64,000 bases of DNA, from NCBI GenBank assembly GCA_964187785.1, contig OZ076409.1:13952001-14016000 (forward strand), in the 5' to 3' direction. This DNA comes from Amphiscolops sp. MND2022 (taxonomy: Eukaryota). Shown here one piece after another: positions 36,690 through 49,978 of the stretch (position 1 is its first letter; every line of letters starts with the position of its first letter). A program made the translations under genes and the position numbers. The notes under the pieces were generated by a model, which did no database searches, was not told the DNA's origin, and saw only the letters and a program-made list of their open reading frames with translations.

Positions 36690-38607
36690 AAAATTAGATC
36701 TGAAAGTTAGATCTAATTCCATTAGACACAAGCAATTAGATCAAAGGCGTACACACCTGATAAATTCTAATATCCCCAATTTGCGGGAGGGTGTTGATCG
36801 TATATAAATAGTACAAAGAGAGCATTGAGAGTTGGAAAAAGTTGAGTTAGGATTTATTGATGAGCGCTATACGATTCCTTTCAACTTCGTTGAATGTGAG
36901 ATGTAGTCGACAATGGTATTGCAGTCTTCAGGGTCAAGGAGATTCAATGAGTCAATGTCTTCAGGTCTGATGTTTTGGTATAGGCCACATGCCAGAGAGA
37001 AATGTTCTGCAGTCTCTTCTCTTTTGCCACAATGACACATCGGAGACTCCGTCTGCCAATTTTTCCAAGCGTAATTTGCTAAACCAAAAGAATTGCCTAT
37101 CAGCATTTCACAAACCTTGATGGCTTCATACCTTTGAAGGTTGAAAAGGGTCGATATAGTGTTACAAGTTAGTGGGGTTTTGGTGTAACACTTCCGAAAT
37201 GACTTGTTGTCATTATTTTTCCACGTGAGGTTCCAAGGATAGGCAATGAGAAGGTTGACATCATGCTGTTTATATCTCGTACACTTTTGAATTCTCAAAA
37301 ACTTTTCGAATCTGGTAACATGACTCTCGAGGAGGTTAGTAACACTGTCCGGAAAAGATGAAGATGCATCATGGGTCCAATGTAGTAAATTGTCTTGCAG
37401 TTTGAGCTTCAAGAAAAATTTGACGTTGATGGCTGTACTCAAAAGACCTAGAGGCGGTGTTCCTAGCAGAACTTGACATCTTGAGTCGATATTCGGCGAA
37501 TGTCCGTGTCTAAAATTTGTCCTTAAGAAATTGTTCTGTACTGCTTTGACGTATTTGAGGTTTTTCTCAAGCCACATTGGTGCTGCATAAAAAAGTGAGG
37601 GTAAGATAGTGGTTTTGTACCACAGAACTAGCGTTGGAACTGCAAGGCAAAATTAGATCTGAAAGTTAGATCTAATTCCATTAGACACAAGCAATTAGAT
37701 CAAAGGCGTACACACCTGATAAATTCTAATATTCCCAATTTGCGGGAGGGTGTTGATCGTATATAAATAGTACAAAGAGAGCATTGAGAGTTGGAAAAAG
37801 TTGAGTTAGGATTTATTGATGAGCGCTATACGATTCCTTTCAACTTCGTTGAATGTGAGATGTAGTCGACAATGGTATTGCAGTCTTCAGGGTCAAGGAG
37901 ATTCAATGAGTCAATGTCTTCAGGTCTGATGTCTTGGTATAGGCCACATGCCAGAGAGAAATGTTCTGCAGTCTCTTCACTTTTGCCACAATGACACATC
38001 GGAGACTCCGTCTGCCAATTTTTCCAAGCGTAATTTGCTAAACCAAAAGAATTGCCGATCAGCATTTCACAAACCTTGATGGCTTCATACCTTTGAAGGT
38101 TGAAAAGGGTCGATATAGTGTTACAAGTTAGTGGGGTTTTGGTGTAACACTTCCGAAATGACTTGTTGTCATTATTTTTCCACGTGAGGTTCCAAGGATA
38201 GGCAATGAGAAGGTTGACATCATGCTGTTTATATCTCGTACAATTTTGAATTCTCAAAAACTTTTCGAATCTGGTAACATGACTCTCGAGGAGGTTAGCA
38301 ACACTGGCCGGAAAAGATGAAGATGCATCATGGGTCCAATGTAGTAAATTGTCTTCCAGTTTGAGCTTCAAGAAAAATTTGACGTTGATAGCTGTACTCA
38401 GAAGACCTAGAGGCGGTGTTCCTAGCAGAACTTGACATCTTGAGTCGATATTCGGCGAATGTCCGTGTCTAAAATTTGTCCTTAAGAAATTGTTCTGTAC
38501 TGCTGTGACGTATTTGAGGTTTTTCTCAAGCCACATTGGTGCTGCATAAAAAAGTGAGGGTAAGATAGTGGTTTTGTACCACAGAACTAGCGTTGGAACT
38601 GCAAGGC
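36690..38607. repeat. Tandem duplication, 2 x 959 bp
   Basis: 36690-37648 is nearly identical to 37649-38607; it produces the twin 236-aa ORFs. Confidence 0.9.
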
Positions 38608-41600
38608 TCCATTTTTATTGCATAACGACCTGAATATTTTCCAATTTCTCTTTGCTCTCTCGATTGTTTTAGTAGAATGATCCCGGTAGTTGAGCTTGCT
38701 ATCGATAATTACTCCGAAAGACTTTGTTGTTTTTTTACCTTGACATATATCACCATTGAGGCAAGGGAGTTCGAAGTCATTCTCTTCGCAATTGAAAAGG
38801 ACTAATTCAATTTTTCCTCCGTTCACTAACATCCTTCAATCTGCACACAACTTCACGATGTCAGAACAAGTTTTTCGAAGGATAGCAGATAATTCTGACG
38901 GATCCTTGCCAGTGGCAATGAGAGAACTATCATCTGCAAACTCGAATTTTTGAGCTTGACTACCGAGGAAGTCGTTTAGGAAGATGATGAAGAGCAATTG
39001 TGACAACACACTCCCCTGTGGAACGCCAATGTCAATCTGGAACTTCGGCGATTGGTATTCATTCAGTTCAATTGAAGCGACTCTGGTTTTTAAGAACGAT
39101 TTTATTATCTGATACAATGTGCTAGAAATATTGTGTTCCAACAGTTTAAAGAGAAGGCCGTCTACTCACACGCTATCAAAAGCTTTTTCGAGGTCAATGT
39201 TAAGCAGAGCCGTCGGTAAACGTGAACGTTCGGCATTTTCCAGCATGAGATGTAGTCTGTAGAGCGATCGAGTGGTGTTTCTTTCCGATCTGAAACCCTC
39301 CCGTTCGTCACCAAGCAGTCCATTCACATCGAGATGTGATTTGATTTCTGTTGGAAGTATCCTTTTCAACTTTTTGCTGATATGACTGGATATTGAGAGT
39401 GGTCGATATGAAGGGCATTCATCATATCTCTCTTTGTTTGGCTTGCGAATGAATACGACTCGTGACTCCGTCCATGGCCACACATGATATTCCCAACAAG
39501 CATTGAAAATATTCAGCAGAAAAAGGAGTGCCTTAGTTCCCAAATTCTTTATCATTGTCAAATGGAGACCAACAATATCAACAGAATTAGTGTTGCTTGA
39601 TTTCAAAATGGCATTCTTCAATTCATCGAAAGTAATTTTATCATGAAATACTTCAATATCATGTTCAGGACCATCATGTGGTTGACTTATTTTGGCTTCT
39701 ACTGGTAGTTGTGTTGCATTGTTGAAAATTTGCTTTTTCAGATGTTCTCCTCCGGAGAACGTGGTTTCAAATTCTTTGCTAATTTCCTCTGGAGCATGTA
39801 AAAGTCTCCCTTCTTTACTTCGTATTAGACCAACTTCTTCATGTTTAGTGTTGAGTAAGGCCTTGTAAGAAGTCCAAAATTCTCTTCCTCTTTTATGCCC
39901 AAGCGATAAAAGATAGTTTTCCATCCATTCAGTTACATTTTTGTTGGGTAGAATTTTGAAACGTTCCTTCGCTGCCTTTAGCTTTTGCTCATTTTCAAAA
40001 TTTGACTTGTACTTGAAATTTTGCGTAAAAATCGGAGTTCATTGCTTGCGTCTGTCAAGTCTGAGTTCCAAAACGGTTTGCTATGATTTGAAACACATTT
40101 GAGGGGTAAATGACCAACGGAAGCTTCGTGCAGCAGATTCTTGAACTCGTTCCAAAGAAACTAGGGTCGTCCCCAACAGCCATGAGATCATCAATTCGTC
40201 CCTCAATGAAAGAAGTCCAACCCACCCAATCAGGTTTTTCAATCCATAATTTCTTGGTTTTCTCAGTGATGCTACTACGCTCCAAGCTCATAATAACAGG
40301 AACATGACTCCTCTGTGGAGCACCGGTGAACAGCTCAGCAAATTCATCCGTAGACAGAGAGTGTTTACATCTATCAAACAGAGGCCCATAACAAATGCCG
40401 AGATCGATAACACTGTAGCCATTTGTTGCCAAAAACGTAGGCTCCCCATCATTGAGAATGCTGATGTGGTCAGCTATTTGAACCAGTTCCTCACCTGGCA
40501 AGTTACACTATTTGGCTCCCCAATAGGTATGTCTTGCATTGAGATCACCGAAGAAAAGAGCTCCATTCAGGCAATTTTTGTCAACATACGTTTTGCAACT
40601 CTGTATAACTTTTATTGTTCTTCTCAATCGTTTGAAGTCATCGGGTCTGACATATGCAGTAGACACAACTAACTTAATTCCGCTCGGCCTAACAGTCAAA
40701 ACAACAATATCAACAGAGGTGTCTTCGAGTTGAATAAGTCTTGAGTAAGGGATGTGATTTTTCAATAAAACTGCGACGCCTCCATAACTTCCACCCATAG
40801 AACTGAATATTGTGAAATTGTTGAATAGATTTGCGCTAATTTGTGTCTTGGTTTCATTAGGAAAAACGATATCAGCTGTGGTTTATTGTAAGTTTTGATT
40901 CAATGCTATTTTACTATGACCACTCAGGCCGCATATATTTATCTGCAAGAAAGTGAAACCACGGTTAGCCATCATTTTGTGACACAGGGTTTCTCAATGT
41001 CGGTGCTTGTACACCTCGTTCCTCATGAACTCTTTGCACCTGTTTATCATAAGTTGGGCAGTCAAAAGAATCAGCCTCGTAGCTTCCGTTGCAATTGGTA
41101 CACCTGGCAGGCTGATTACCGCTGCAGTTGTCGATAGAGTGCTCACCGGAACAATGTTTGCATGATACTTTCGAATGGTAATTGGAACTGACGTGTCCGA
41201 ACTTCTGACATCGGTAGCAGCTGAATATTCGTATTCCTTGCTGTATGAATTCGACTGGTTAATAGTACAAATGGTCAATGAAAATCCCGTCGGTTGTTGC
41301 CTTGTCAAACTGGGCTTTTGAGGGAAACGTCAGTTTGACAGTTTGCAGTGATTGTCCATCGCTTTCGACAAAGCGTCTGATTCTGACACCTGGAAAATTA
41401 TCCGTTTGAGCTGAAGTCATGTCCGAGTCGGACACTACTAATCGAACTCCACGTATTACAGCGCTGTGCTGTTCATTCCTGTCACTAGATCTCCGAGCAG
41501 ACGAGTCGCCGCCAAAAAATTCAGCCCTCCATTCCTGCAAAACACAGTCAGCTTCCTCTGGTGTTGTACACTCAAGATGTATACTACCACGCGCTGTAAT

Positions 41601-42200
41601 AAAAACGTATAGTAATTATTTGTTTGGATAAATGGAAGCAAACGCTTTTTTGATTTCGATACTATCTCGGAGTTTCTGATTTGTCTCGATGAGCAATATG
41701 TTGCGAGGATCACGATTTTGTCTTGTTTCACTTCTGACGTCAGTTATACTAATCGTTTGAGTTTCGTTTCGATTAGTTTTTACTTTCTCCGCATAGTTTT
41801 CGAGAGGTTGAGTTGATGTTGGTTTGTCAAGCTTGAGTTTGATAGTTAACAGGTCCTTTTTTGTGGATTCCAAAACTTGTATCTCCGTTTTTCTAATTTC
41901 AGTCTCTTTTATTTGTTATTGATTCATGGCGTTCAAAGCGTTCCAGACATTAGAAAAACGGCCCTGTAGATGCTTGTCTTCGCATTTGGAGCAATACCAA
42001 TGAACAGAGGCATATTTTGAAAGTATTGGAAGGTCCTTTACATCAAGGCGCCCACAAGATCCATGGCACCACGACTCACATCCGTTACAACAGATTGAAT
42101 TCTTTTCAGTTTCTTCAACAATACTTTTACAATTAGGGCAGCAATCATCCGAGACTGACTGATTCCTGTTTTTTGGTCCCTTTATTTCAGATCACTGCCA
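37800..42200 (-). mobile_element. Decayed non-LTR retrotransposon (PHD-finger ORF1; APE-RT-zinc finger ORF2)
   Basis: PHD-like CPNC...CNGCESWCHGSC...WYCSKC at ~41985-42150; GDLNARH, VIDL, YRPLS, DLEKAFDSV, GVPQGSVLS, FADD; C-terminal CHCG...ETAEH...C. Many stops and frameshifts; clade uncertain. Confidence 0.85.
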
Positions 42201-42518
42201 AATCTCAAGGTCTCCAAACCAACTAAGATTTTCGAAGACCAAGAAAAACAACAGATCACTAACATACTGAGACACTTTCAGTTGTCGGAGCTTCCTTCTT
42301 ATTCTCTGATTCGGCTTCTTCCTAATCTTTTTATCTGGTTTGAATCTCTGTACGTGATTACGGTGATTCCAGACTACAGATAGGAGCTTGAATTCTAGCG
42401 CTGCTGACGGATGAAACTATCGCAAATCCGACAAGGTCGTGCTGTCTTTGCATTTCCTATGAGAAATTAAATTTCTAACAGCGTCGATGATAATGATCTG
42501 TGAACCAAACAACCGCCT

Positions 42519-43189
42519 TTTGATGTCGCCAGTGCCCAGACGGCAACAGTAAACTTTCGCTTTAATTCTGTCCTTGAACAGCAAGAGATTTTCTATTAGC
42601 TGGTCGATCGAACTTGGCTGATAGTTGTTGCTTCTATGGGGCGAAATTGAATTGTTAATAACGTCGTGCCAAATATTATAATTGTTAACTTTACTGAGAG
42701 ATAATCGAGTAAGAAGGTTTTGAAGAGTTTTATGACGGTTGATGGTTTTATCGTTAAAGCTAAGCCCTGGTACCGAAAAGCAGCTGCGAACAAATAATTT
42801 TTATTTTTCTAAAGGATAGAATCAAGAGTTCGGCAGAATGAACCATGTAATTAGAAAGCGTGCCAAATGAGAAGAAAAAAAGAACGAACTAACGAGTTTT
42901 GATAGAGGCCGAATTGGCACGACAATCCACGAGAACAGTCCCAGAGACCAGGGTGTGACGAGTGTCCAGAGCCTGAGTCCAGTGGAAGGTGAACAATCAA
43001 TCCAATCAATAACTTCTCTGAAACTATTCAAGAAGTTTATCACAACAAATAGGCATATGAAAAATCCCCTTAGGAGATCTTTTTGGGAAAAAACTGTTGT
43101 CTAGGGCTGTAGTAAGACAACGGTCTCCTGTTCAAGCACCCTAAGCATTGTCCCACTACTAGGATGTACGCTGCTAGCTGGACGTTACA
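42519..43189 (+). repeat. Solo LTR related to the element 1 LTR
   Basis: 43060-43189 is the reverse-complement homolog of 21677-21808 and ends GGACGTTACA. Left boundary is approximate; no TSD seen. Confidence 0.65.
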
Positions 43190-43326
43190 AAAGCAACCAA
43201 CAAGCTACTCATACCAGCCACTATCTCAGTCGACTAGTGGAAACATTTTTTTAAAAAGCTGCAACGATATACAGGTTTGAGAAAAATAAACTTAAAGAAG
43301 GTTTCTTCGAATACATCTCTGTTGCT

Positions 43327-43861
43327 GGGTGGGCGGAAATAGGTCGAAGGAACAGGATGAAAAATCAGAGTTAGTCTTCGGGTTGACATACCAACGTTTT
43401 GAATGGGATCGAAACAACTAGGATCGAAATTTTGATTCTTGGGAAACAAATCGAATTGCCGCAGATAGGTATTCTCTAGAAAAGTATAAAACCTGTCTCG
43501 GATATGTCCCATTTCCTCTAGTTCACCGCGGACCCTTGGGGCCGCTTATGTTCCCATCTTGCTAAGCGAGGTCGAACAGGAGCGAAGACCTAGCGGGAAC
43601 GGAGATCGCGAAGGGATGGTAGTGGGAGCTGGTCTTTGCGAGAGTGAGGGCGAGCGTGCATACAGAGCATGTGCCTCACATTATGATAGTCAACCGACTT
43701 GAGGCAAACAAAGAACGTTTTCGACCCGTTCGATCAAATTCGACCGATCAAAGAAGGCTTCGATCGAATTCGACCGCATTCCATTCGATCCCTGCAATTC
43801 GATCAAAAGGTTCGACCTCTGTCCTTTGGACCGGAAAAATTCGACCTGTTTATTGCTACCC
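43327..43861. mobile_element. MULE-like element A variant
   Basis: GGGTGGGCGG...GCTACCC ends with a perfect 9-bp TSD TCTGTTGCT. Confidence 0.85.
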
Positions 43862-45149
43862 TCTGTTGCTCACAGTTCCTGAGACACAGGCCGTATTGTC
43901 GATCTGAAGAGCCATTGAAATCCGTTGCTTCAAAAAGCTGGTAGCTCGTTAATTGTCGTGCGAATGAAAGAGCACTTTACAGAGAAGCTTGATAAAAATT
44001 TCACGGCTCTCCTCTAAAGAACCTTGTACTTCTAAGGCCACTTGGTGAAAATGTTATCATTGTCTATTATTTCGCGATAATTCTCAATTTTACGCGCTCC
44101 AGCTTCGGTGGTGGTGGTTCCCGTGTCGCATAAGGAGCTTTGATTCAAGCGAACGGGTGCAAGAGCATCCACAACAAAGACATCCCACACCAACTATTTA
44201 CCCATTTCCCAAGGAAACATGGTAACACAATCTGGACGTTTGCCATCAGTTCGTACAGTCCACGCGGTCCGAGCACTGAAGGAAAGCCGAGAGATCCCAA
44301 CGTCAGCGTTAAGAGAGAATTGAGAGTAGAATGACGTGAGAAGCGACCATCTCTCTTGGTGCAAGTGAGACCGTCCCAACCGTCCCGTTCAACTCTTTTA
44401 TCACAGTGGGACGTATGCGCAACACAGATGTTGGCTCCTCTACGTGGAACAATCGATCCAAATCCGAAGATGCTGATCATGAAGTTTCATACTTGCAAGG
44501 AACAACGTTCAACCACTGAGAGATAAATTCGCGTTGATGAGCGTTAAAAGCTTTCGATCGTTGGTCATCTTTTATAGAAATCAATTAACGGGCAGTTTTG
44601 TCGTAGAGAGGTTGTGTCCCTTTTTTTCGGTTTCCATCCAAAGGACTTCCTTGTTCATTCGTCGAACTCAACCACTTCTCAAGCGCTTTTGTATTGGGTG
44701 TGTTATGTTAACGTGAATCGTATTAAATCATGTGCCGCAAGAGTACGACTATTTCAAAACTGTGCGCGACTTTTCGAAGAATAAGCCGACGGTCGCAGAA
44801 AAAAGGCGTTAAAATTTTCAAAAACTCAAGAAATTGTTCTGGGGCATCGACATCCAGCGCATTCGAAAACGTCGCTTTGTTTTCGCAAGGTGGCAGAAGC
44901 AAAACATTCGCTGAAATCGTTTTCGGGCAAGAAATTTTTGGAAAAGTGTAGGCGTTGTAGCAAGACAGGACACAAATAAATCCACTGCAAAGTTACGCAG
45001 TGCTCTACTGCAAATTTTTTGGTCACGATGGTAACTGTTATCTTCAAAAGTTTCCTCATCTAAAGTAAAAGGGAAGCACCTCAACTGTAGAATCTTCTGG
45101 AATTTCGAGAGAGTTTTCGTTTTCCTGCTTTGAGAACAGAGTTCAAAAT

Positions 45150-47035
45150 GGAACTTTTGTTTTAGATTCGGGCACTTCATCACATTTGTTCAATGATCGG
45201 CATCTTTTCACTGATTTTGCTGAGAAAGTTGTACGATGGGTCAAAAATGCAAATGATAGCTTTTCCAAAGTCGAAGAGATCGGCAATTTTTTTGTATAAT
45301 GTTTGGACACTGAGGAAAGAGAACATTTTGTAATTTAAAATTTCTCCAATTGTCTTTTTCTTCATGATCATGCTCAAAACTTGATCAGCGTGAGCAAACT
45401 TAGCCAGAAAGGGGTGAAAAGTGAAGTTGGAAAAGAATCCAGAATAGTAGCTCCCAATAGAAAAACCTTTCCAATTATCAAGAGCAAAATCCTCTATGTT
45501 TCGAAAGCTAAATTTCCCGAGTTTTGTGGTACTCGGGGGAGAATACGAATCATTCTTTGTTGCATCATCACCTTGGCCAAAACAACATGAGTGATGATGA
45601 GCGACTTTCACTTTGTGTTTTGGTGGTGAATTTCGAGGGTTCAAGTTTTGAAAAGCCAAGTGTATGAAATTTGTCAGTTTTCCAAGTCCCATAAAACTCC
45701 TGTATTCTACAATCCGCAGCTTCGAAAAGATGAAAAACTTGAGCTAGTTTTCTCCGATCTTTTGTGGCCGTTGCCCACAGCTTCTCTCAACTTTTAGTAT
45801 TTGTTTTGTTGACAGTTTTAGTCGTTTTCGGGCCATCTATTTCATGAAGTCGAAAAGCGATTGTTTAGAAAAGTTTAATGTCTTTTGCGCTCAAGTGGGG
45901 ACATCAAAGGTGACACAGAGCTTCAAGATGAAATATACTTCGAGCAATCGGAGGGATTTGTTCAAGTGAAGGCATTAGCGAGAAGTTCTAGTGCAAGCTT
46001 CTAAAATATCTTTACGGCTCAAATCAAGCAGGGCCGAGAGTGAAACTGCAAGCTAACAACTTGGTTTTTAACGAATAGTTTGTACGCTCTAAAACTGATT
46101 AATGCCTTCTCCGCCTAAGCAAGTGGATTTCAAACAAGATTGTACTCATTTGGGTGGACAAAATTTTGTACTTTTTGATTGAAAAAAATTGGCCTTGTCT
46201 TTCAGAAACGATCTTCAACGGGACTTTAGCATTGATGAAAGGTCTTTTAACTCAATTTCTTGGTTGTAACATAAGTCGGTCAACGAGATGCATAGAGCTT
46301 GGTCAAAGGCCGTACGTTTTGGACATCTTGGCGAAAGGGAACATGAGTGAGTGCAAGCCAACGTCAACACCCTCAGTACCAGACACTAAACAATAAAAAA
46401 ACATTGTCTTGAGGATGGGTCGAATGAAGCGCCTATGATGGCAAGGTTGAACAAGCTCTATCACAGCCTAGTCGGTAACTTGATGTATCTTTCGGATGCT
46501 AGTAGGCCTGATATATGCTTTGCAGTGTATAACTGAGCACAGTTTGTCTCTAATCCGAGCAAGGAGCACTGGGTGGCACTTACTTTGCTACTTGAAGGGG
46601 TGTACTTATCTTACCTTAACCGTTATCAAGGGTGCAGCTTTCGAGCTCTTCGGATACTCCGACTCGGATGAGGATGATTGGAAATAAGGTTCTGGCGTCT
46701 GTTTTAAGGTGAAAGAGGGATAGTAGTGTTGTGCTTCTACGGAACAAGCATGTGTTGCACTTAGTTCTTGCGAAGCAGAGCATGTAGCTTTAGCTTTAGC
46801 CGCACAGGAACCCATATTCATACAGGGGCTCCTGGATTTCATCTCTTTTTCGCCGATGGCCACGAAGCCTAGTCTTGTCTACGGTGACAATCAAGGAGCA
46901 ACCGCCCTTGCCAACGATCCAGTCTCTCACAAGCGGGCCAATCGCATTGAGACGATGCATCATTTTAGCCGGGACCTCATCGAAGCGAAGAAGTTGCAAC
47001 TGCAATACACCCCAACAGCTGACAACGTGGTCGAC
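45150..47035 (+). pseudogene. pol: Highly decayed Ty1/Copia pol (PR, IN, RT, RNase H order)
   Basis: LDSGTSSHL protease; LELVFSD and VDSFSR integrase; FLG...ECKPTSTP RT; GYSDSD, VALSSCEAEH and YGDNQGA RNase H. Confidence 0.85.
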
Positions 47036-47036
47036 T

Positions 47037-47304
47037 TCAGAGCCGTCTTCTTCTCCAGATGCATCATCAATTCGTAGTAGACTTGTGCTTCTGCTTCATC
47101 CAATTTCTTCTTCGCAGCTTCTTTTGTTGCTTCGTCGTTTGGGTCAGCATCCTTTGGCACGTAGTCAGCAGATTTCGCTGTTCCTTCTAAAACACTATGG
47201 AGTTTGAGGATGAACATACGCGCTTCAAATATTTCACAGAAATATGGAAAGTCGCTCTCTTTCCCAGAGAAGAGGTGGCGGTTTTGACTTTTCACGAGGT
47301 CCAT
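47037..47304 (-). pseudogene. Copia-like gag N-terminal fragment, opposite orientation
   Basis: MDLVKSQNRHLFSGKESDFPYF...FEARM...L pattern, typical of Copia gag starts. Confidence 0.55.
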
Positions 47305-47549
47305 GTTTGTTTTGTACTGTTTTTTTGTGCACAGCTCAATTTGTCTAAATCCTAACACGCCTTGTTCTTTGAAACTTGCTTCTACTTAGCTTACAGGGTG
47401 TTTAAGGGATACTTTGAGTTGGGGCCTACAAAAAGAGGTGGCAAATGATGTGGTCACTGAAGGGGGGCAACAAATATAAAGCACCAAAAAAAATTATATA
47501 TATAAAAGAGTTCAGAGTCTTATTGAGTGTGTTTTACAATGGCGCACAA

Positions 47550-48045
47550 CAGCCAGCAACAGCAAAGCGCAGAGCCACAAAAGTTGTCCTCGAAGAGAAC
47601 ATCCAGCAGGAAGCCCAGAGAGAGGAGGGGGCCCACACGGAACACAGCCAGCAGCAGGAAGCCCAAAGAGAGAGAGAGGGGCCCACACGGAACACAGCCA
47701 GCAGCAGGAAGCCCAAAGAGAGGGAGAGTCCCACACGGAACACCACCAGCAGCAGCACCGCCCAGATCCACAGAAGTTGTCCTCCAAGAGAACAGCCAGC
47801 AGGAAGGCCAGAGAGAGAAAGGGTCCACACGGAACACAGCTAGCAGCAGGAAGCCCAAAGAGAGGGAGAGTCCACAAGGAACACCACCAGCAGCAGGAAG
47901 CCGAAAGAAAGAAAGTGTCCCACACGGAACACCACCAGCAGCAGCACCGCCCAGATCCACAGAAGTTGTCCTCCAAGAGAACAGCCAGCAGGAAGGCCAG
48001 AGAGAGAAAGGGTCCACACGGAACACAGCTGGCAGAAACGCAGCC
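47550..48045. repeat. Purine-rich minisatellite with higher-order repeat
   Basis: Recurrent CCACACGGAACAC...CAGCAGGAAG...GAGAG units of ~50 bp; a longer block is repeated at a 189-bp offset (47741 and 47930). Confidence 0.85.
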
Positions 48046-49978
48046 CAGGAATAAAAAGGTCAACAAAGAAGTTGAGGTTTGGGGCAAGGCACAGAATTGG
48101 CAGTTGTGCGTATAAGTCTCATAATCTGTTAGAATCAGAAGCTAGGATATCGCTTTAGATAAAAAGTGATTTGTGATTGAAGATTGAATTTGACTTGGTT
48201 ACTCTTGCTTGGTTGCAAATTAAATGATAGAGAGTTAAAGAAAGAGCTCCAGATGAGGCATAATGTTCCAAGGTTGGAATTGATGTTGATGGTTCAAGAT
48301 CTGCACAGTTGTTGTCATGAACATTACGGTGTGCTTTGTCACCATGTTCACTATTAAGAGTAGTTTTAGCTTTCGCGTTGTACTGAACTTCGGAATAACT
48401 TTCCGGTCTCTCATCAGATCTCTCCCATCCCCTTCTAGTCTCCTGTCCTGAACCGGCCATAATAACGTTTTGAATCTGGGGTAAAACCTGATTATGGATG
48501 GCGTCACTTATGGCTCTCTGAATCTGGGAACTAACACTGTTCATCGTCTCATCCATCTCTCTGGATATTCTAGAGTTCAATTCACTAGATAACTTATTGA
48601 TCTCGGCTTGAGAATCTATACTTGCTGAATTTTGGTCATAACCGGCACTAGTTCCGACTCCAAGATTTCTATGATCGGAATGGAGACTCATTTCTCCATT
48701 TTCCAAGTTATTACTTGTAATACTTTCCTGCCTTCTTATGGAAGTTCCATCGAGACTTCCGTCTCTTCCCGTATCTTTGAAGTGATTTTCCCCTAACATT
48801 ATGTCAAGGTTTTCAATGTCAGAGAGGATTTCTAATCCTCTAGATTTCCTTGCTTTCTTTTGTTTTCTTGTAGTAGGCATTGAGACTAAACCGGGTCGAA
48901 TACTTGAATTATCAATTCCGGAAAATAAACAGTGAAACCGTTTGTATTTTTGAACGTCTTTATCAAATGAAGGAAAGTACAAAGTATGAGCCTTCCTGCA
49001 GGGGTATGGGTATTTATACCTCTGAAAGGATGACACACACATTTTTGACATACTTTGACCAAGACAAATCATAAGATTTTACAATCATCATAGGGAAATC
49101 CCCGACAATTACATATTTCCGGGGGACATTTAAGGAATGGTATTCAGAGTCATCATTTTAAGTAGCAACTTCAAACAATCTATCGGTTAGACCTACTTCA
49201 AGTGTGATGTAAACAAATACCACAACTTGCATATTTCATAGTGATGTGAAATGAAGGCACGTGCCGGCACAAGTTTACTACAAATCAAGCTGAAAATGGA
49301 ATGTACTACTATGTGTGGAATTCCATTACTGCATCGATATTCACGAAAATACACTCACATATCAGAGCCGGAATAGGCCTAAATCCATAACATGTACTGC
49401 ACATTTGAAGGACATGGTAAAAGGCCTCAACCGTCCCTTTATTCAAGTTGAAAATATACCGACATCAAAACACCACAAACGTATTTATTTGGACTAAAAT
49501 CATGATTCTAATAGCTCCGCGTAAGTATTGATTCAATTAGGCAACGAAGGTATTATTATGCTTGAATTGGCCGAAACCGTCCATTTGACTGAGGGACTGA
49601 TATAAATTAGCACCGCTTAGTCAATAGGCCTTATCCGGCCATCATAAATAAAGCACTCATAATTAGCAAAAGGAAAGCTCTGATTGGCTAATAACCGTAC
49701 TGAAAGTTACATCGCCGAGAAGGAACATTTTCTCACTTGAACACGTTTCCTTCTCGCGATTAACCTGCTTATTGTACGTTACCGCTTTGATCAAATTTCA
49801 ATACTCTATTTGTAATACAGCAAAACTTCTTTTACAAATCTCAAACTACAACCTGATTTGGATAGTTCCAAATCGTAATTTTAACAGACTAATATCACGA
49901 ACAATCATATAAAAAGCACTTGATTAAACAAAAATGAATGTGATTAACAAATAAATATAGGTTTCAGCAAGGGAAAGT

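Larger units (their letters stand above)
31678..36757. mobile_element. Second copy of element B, interrupted by a LINE
   Basis: Ends match the first B copy (CGTGGAATCAGGTCTAATG... and ...TCAAAGGCGTACAC); flanks TGATGAAT/TGATAAAT. Confidence 0.6.

Noticed and set aside
36867..38536. Twin 236-aa ORFs as a host gene pair
   Set aside because: They are the C-terminus of LINE ORF2 copied by the 959-bp duplication.
42521..42531. TGGCGACATCA on the minus strand as a PBS
   Set aside because: Homology to the element 1 LTR places U5 at the other end (43189), so this is more likely the LTR's own 5' terminus.
47445..48115. Six overlapping ORFs as genes
   Set aside because: By-product of a stop-poor minisatellite.
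48155..49072. 305-aa ORF as a second gag gene or a tandem element
   Set aside because: It is the gag N-terminus duplicated as part of the 3' LTR, reading into flank; no PBS at 48313.
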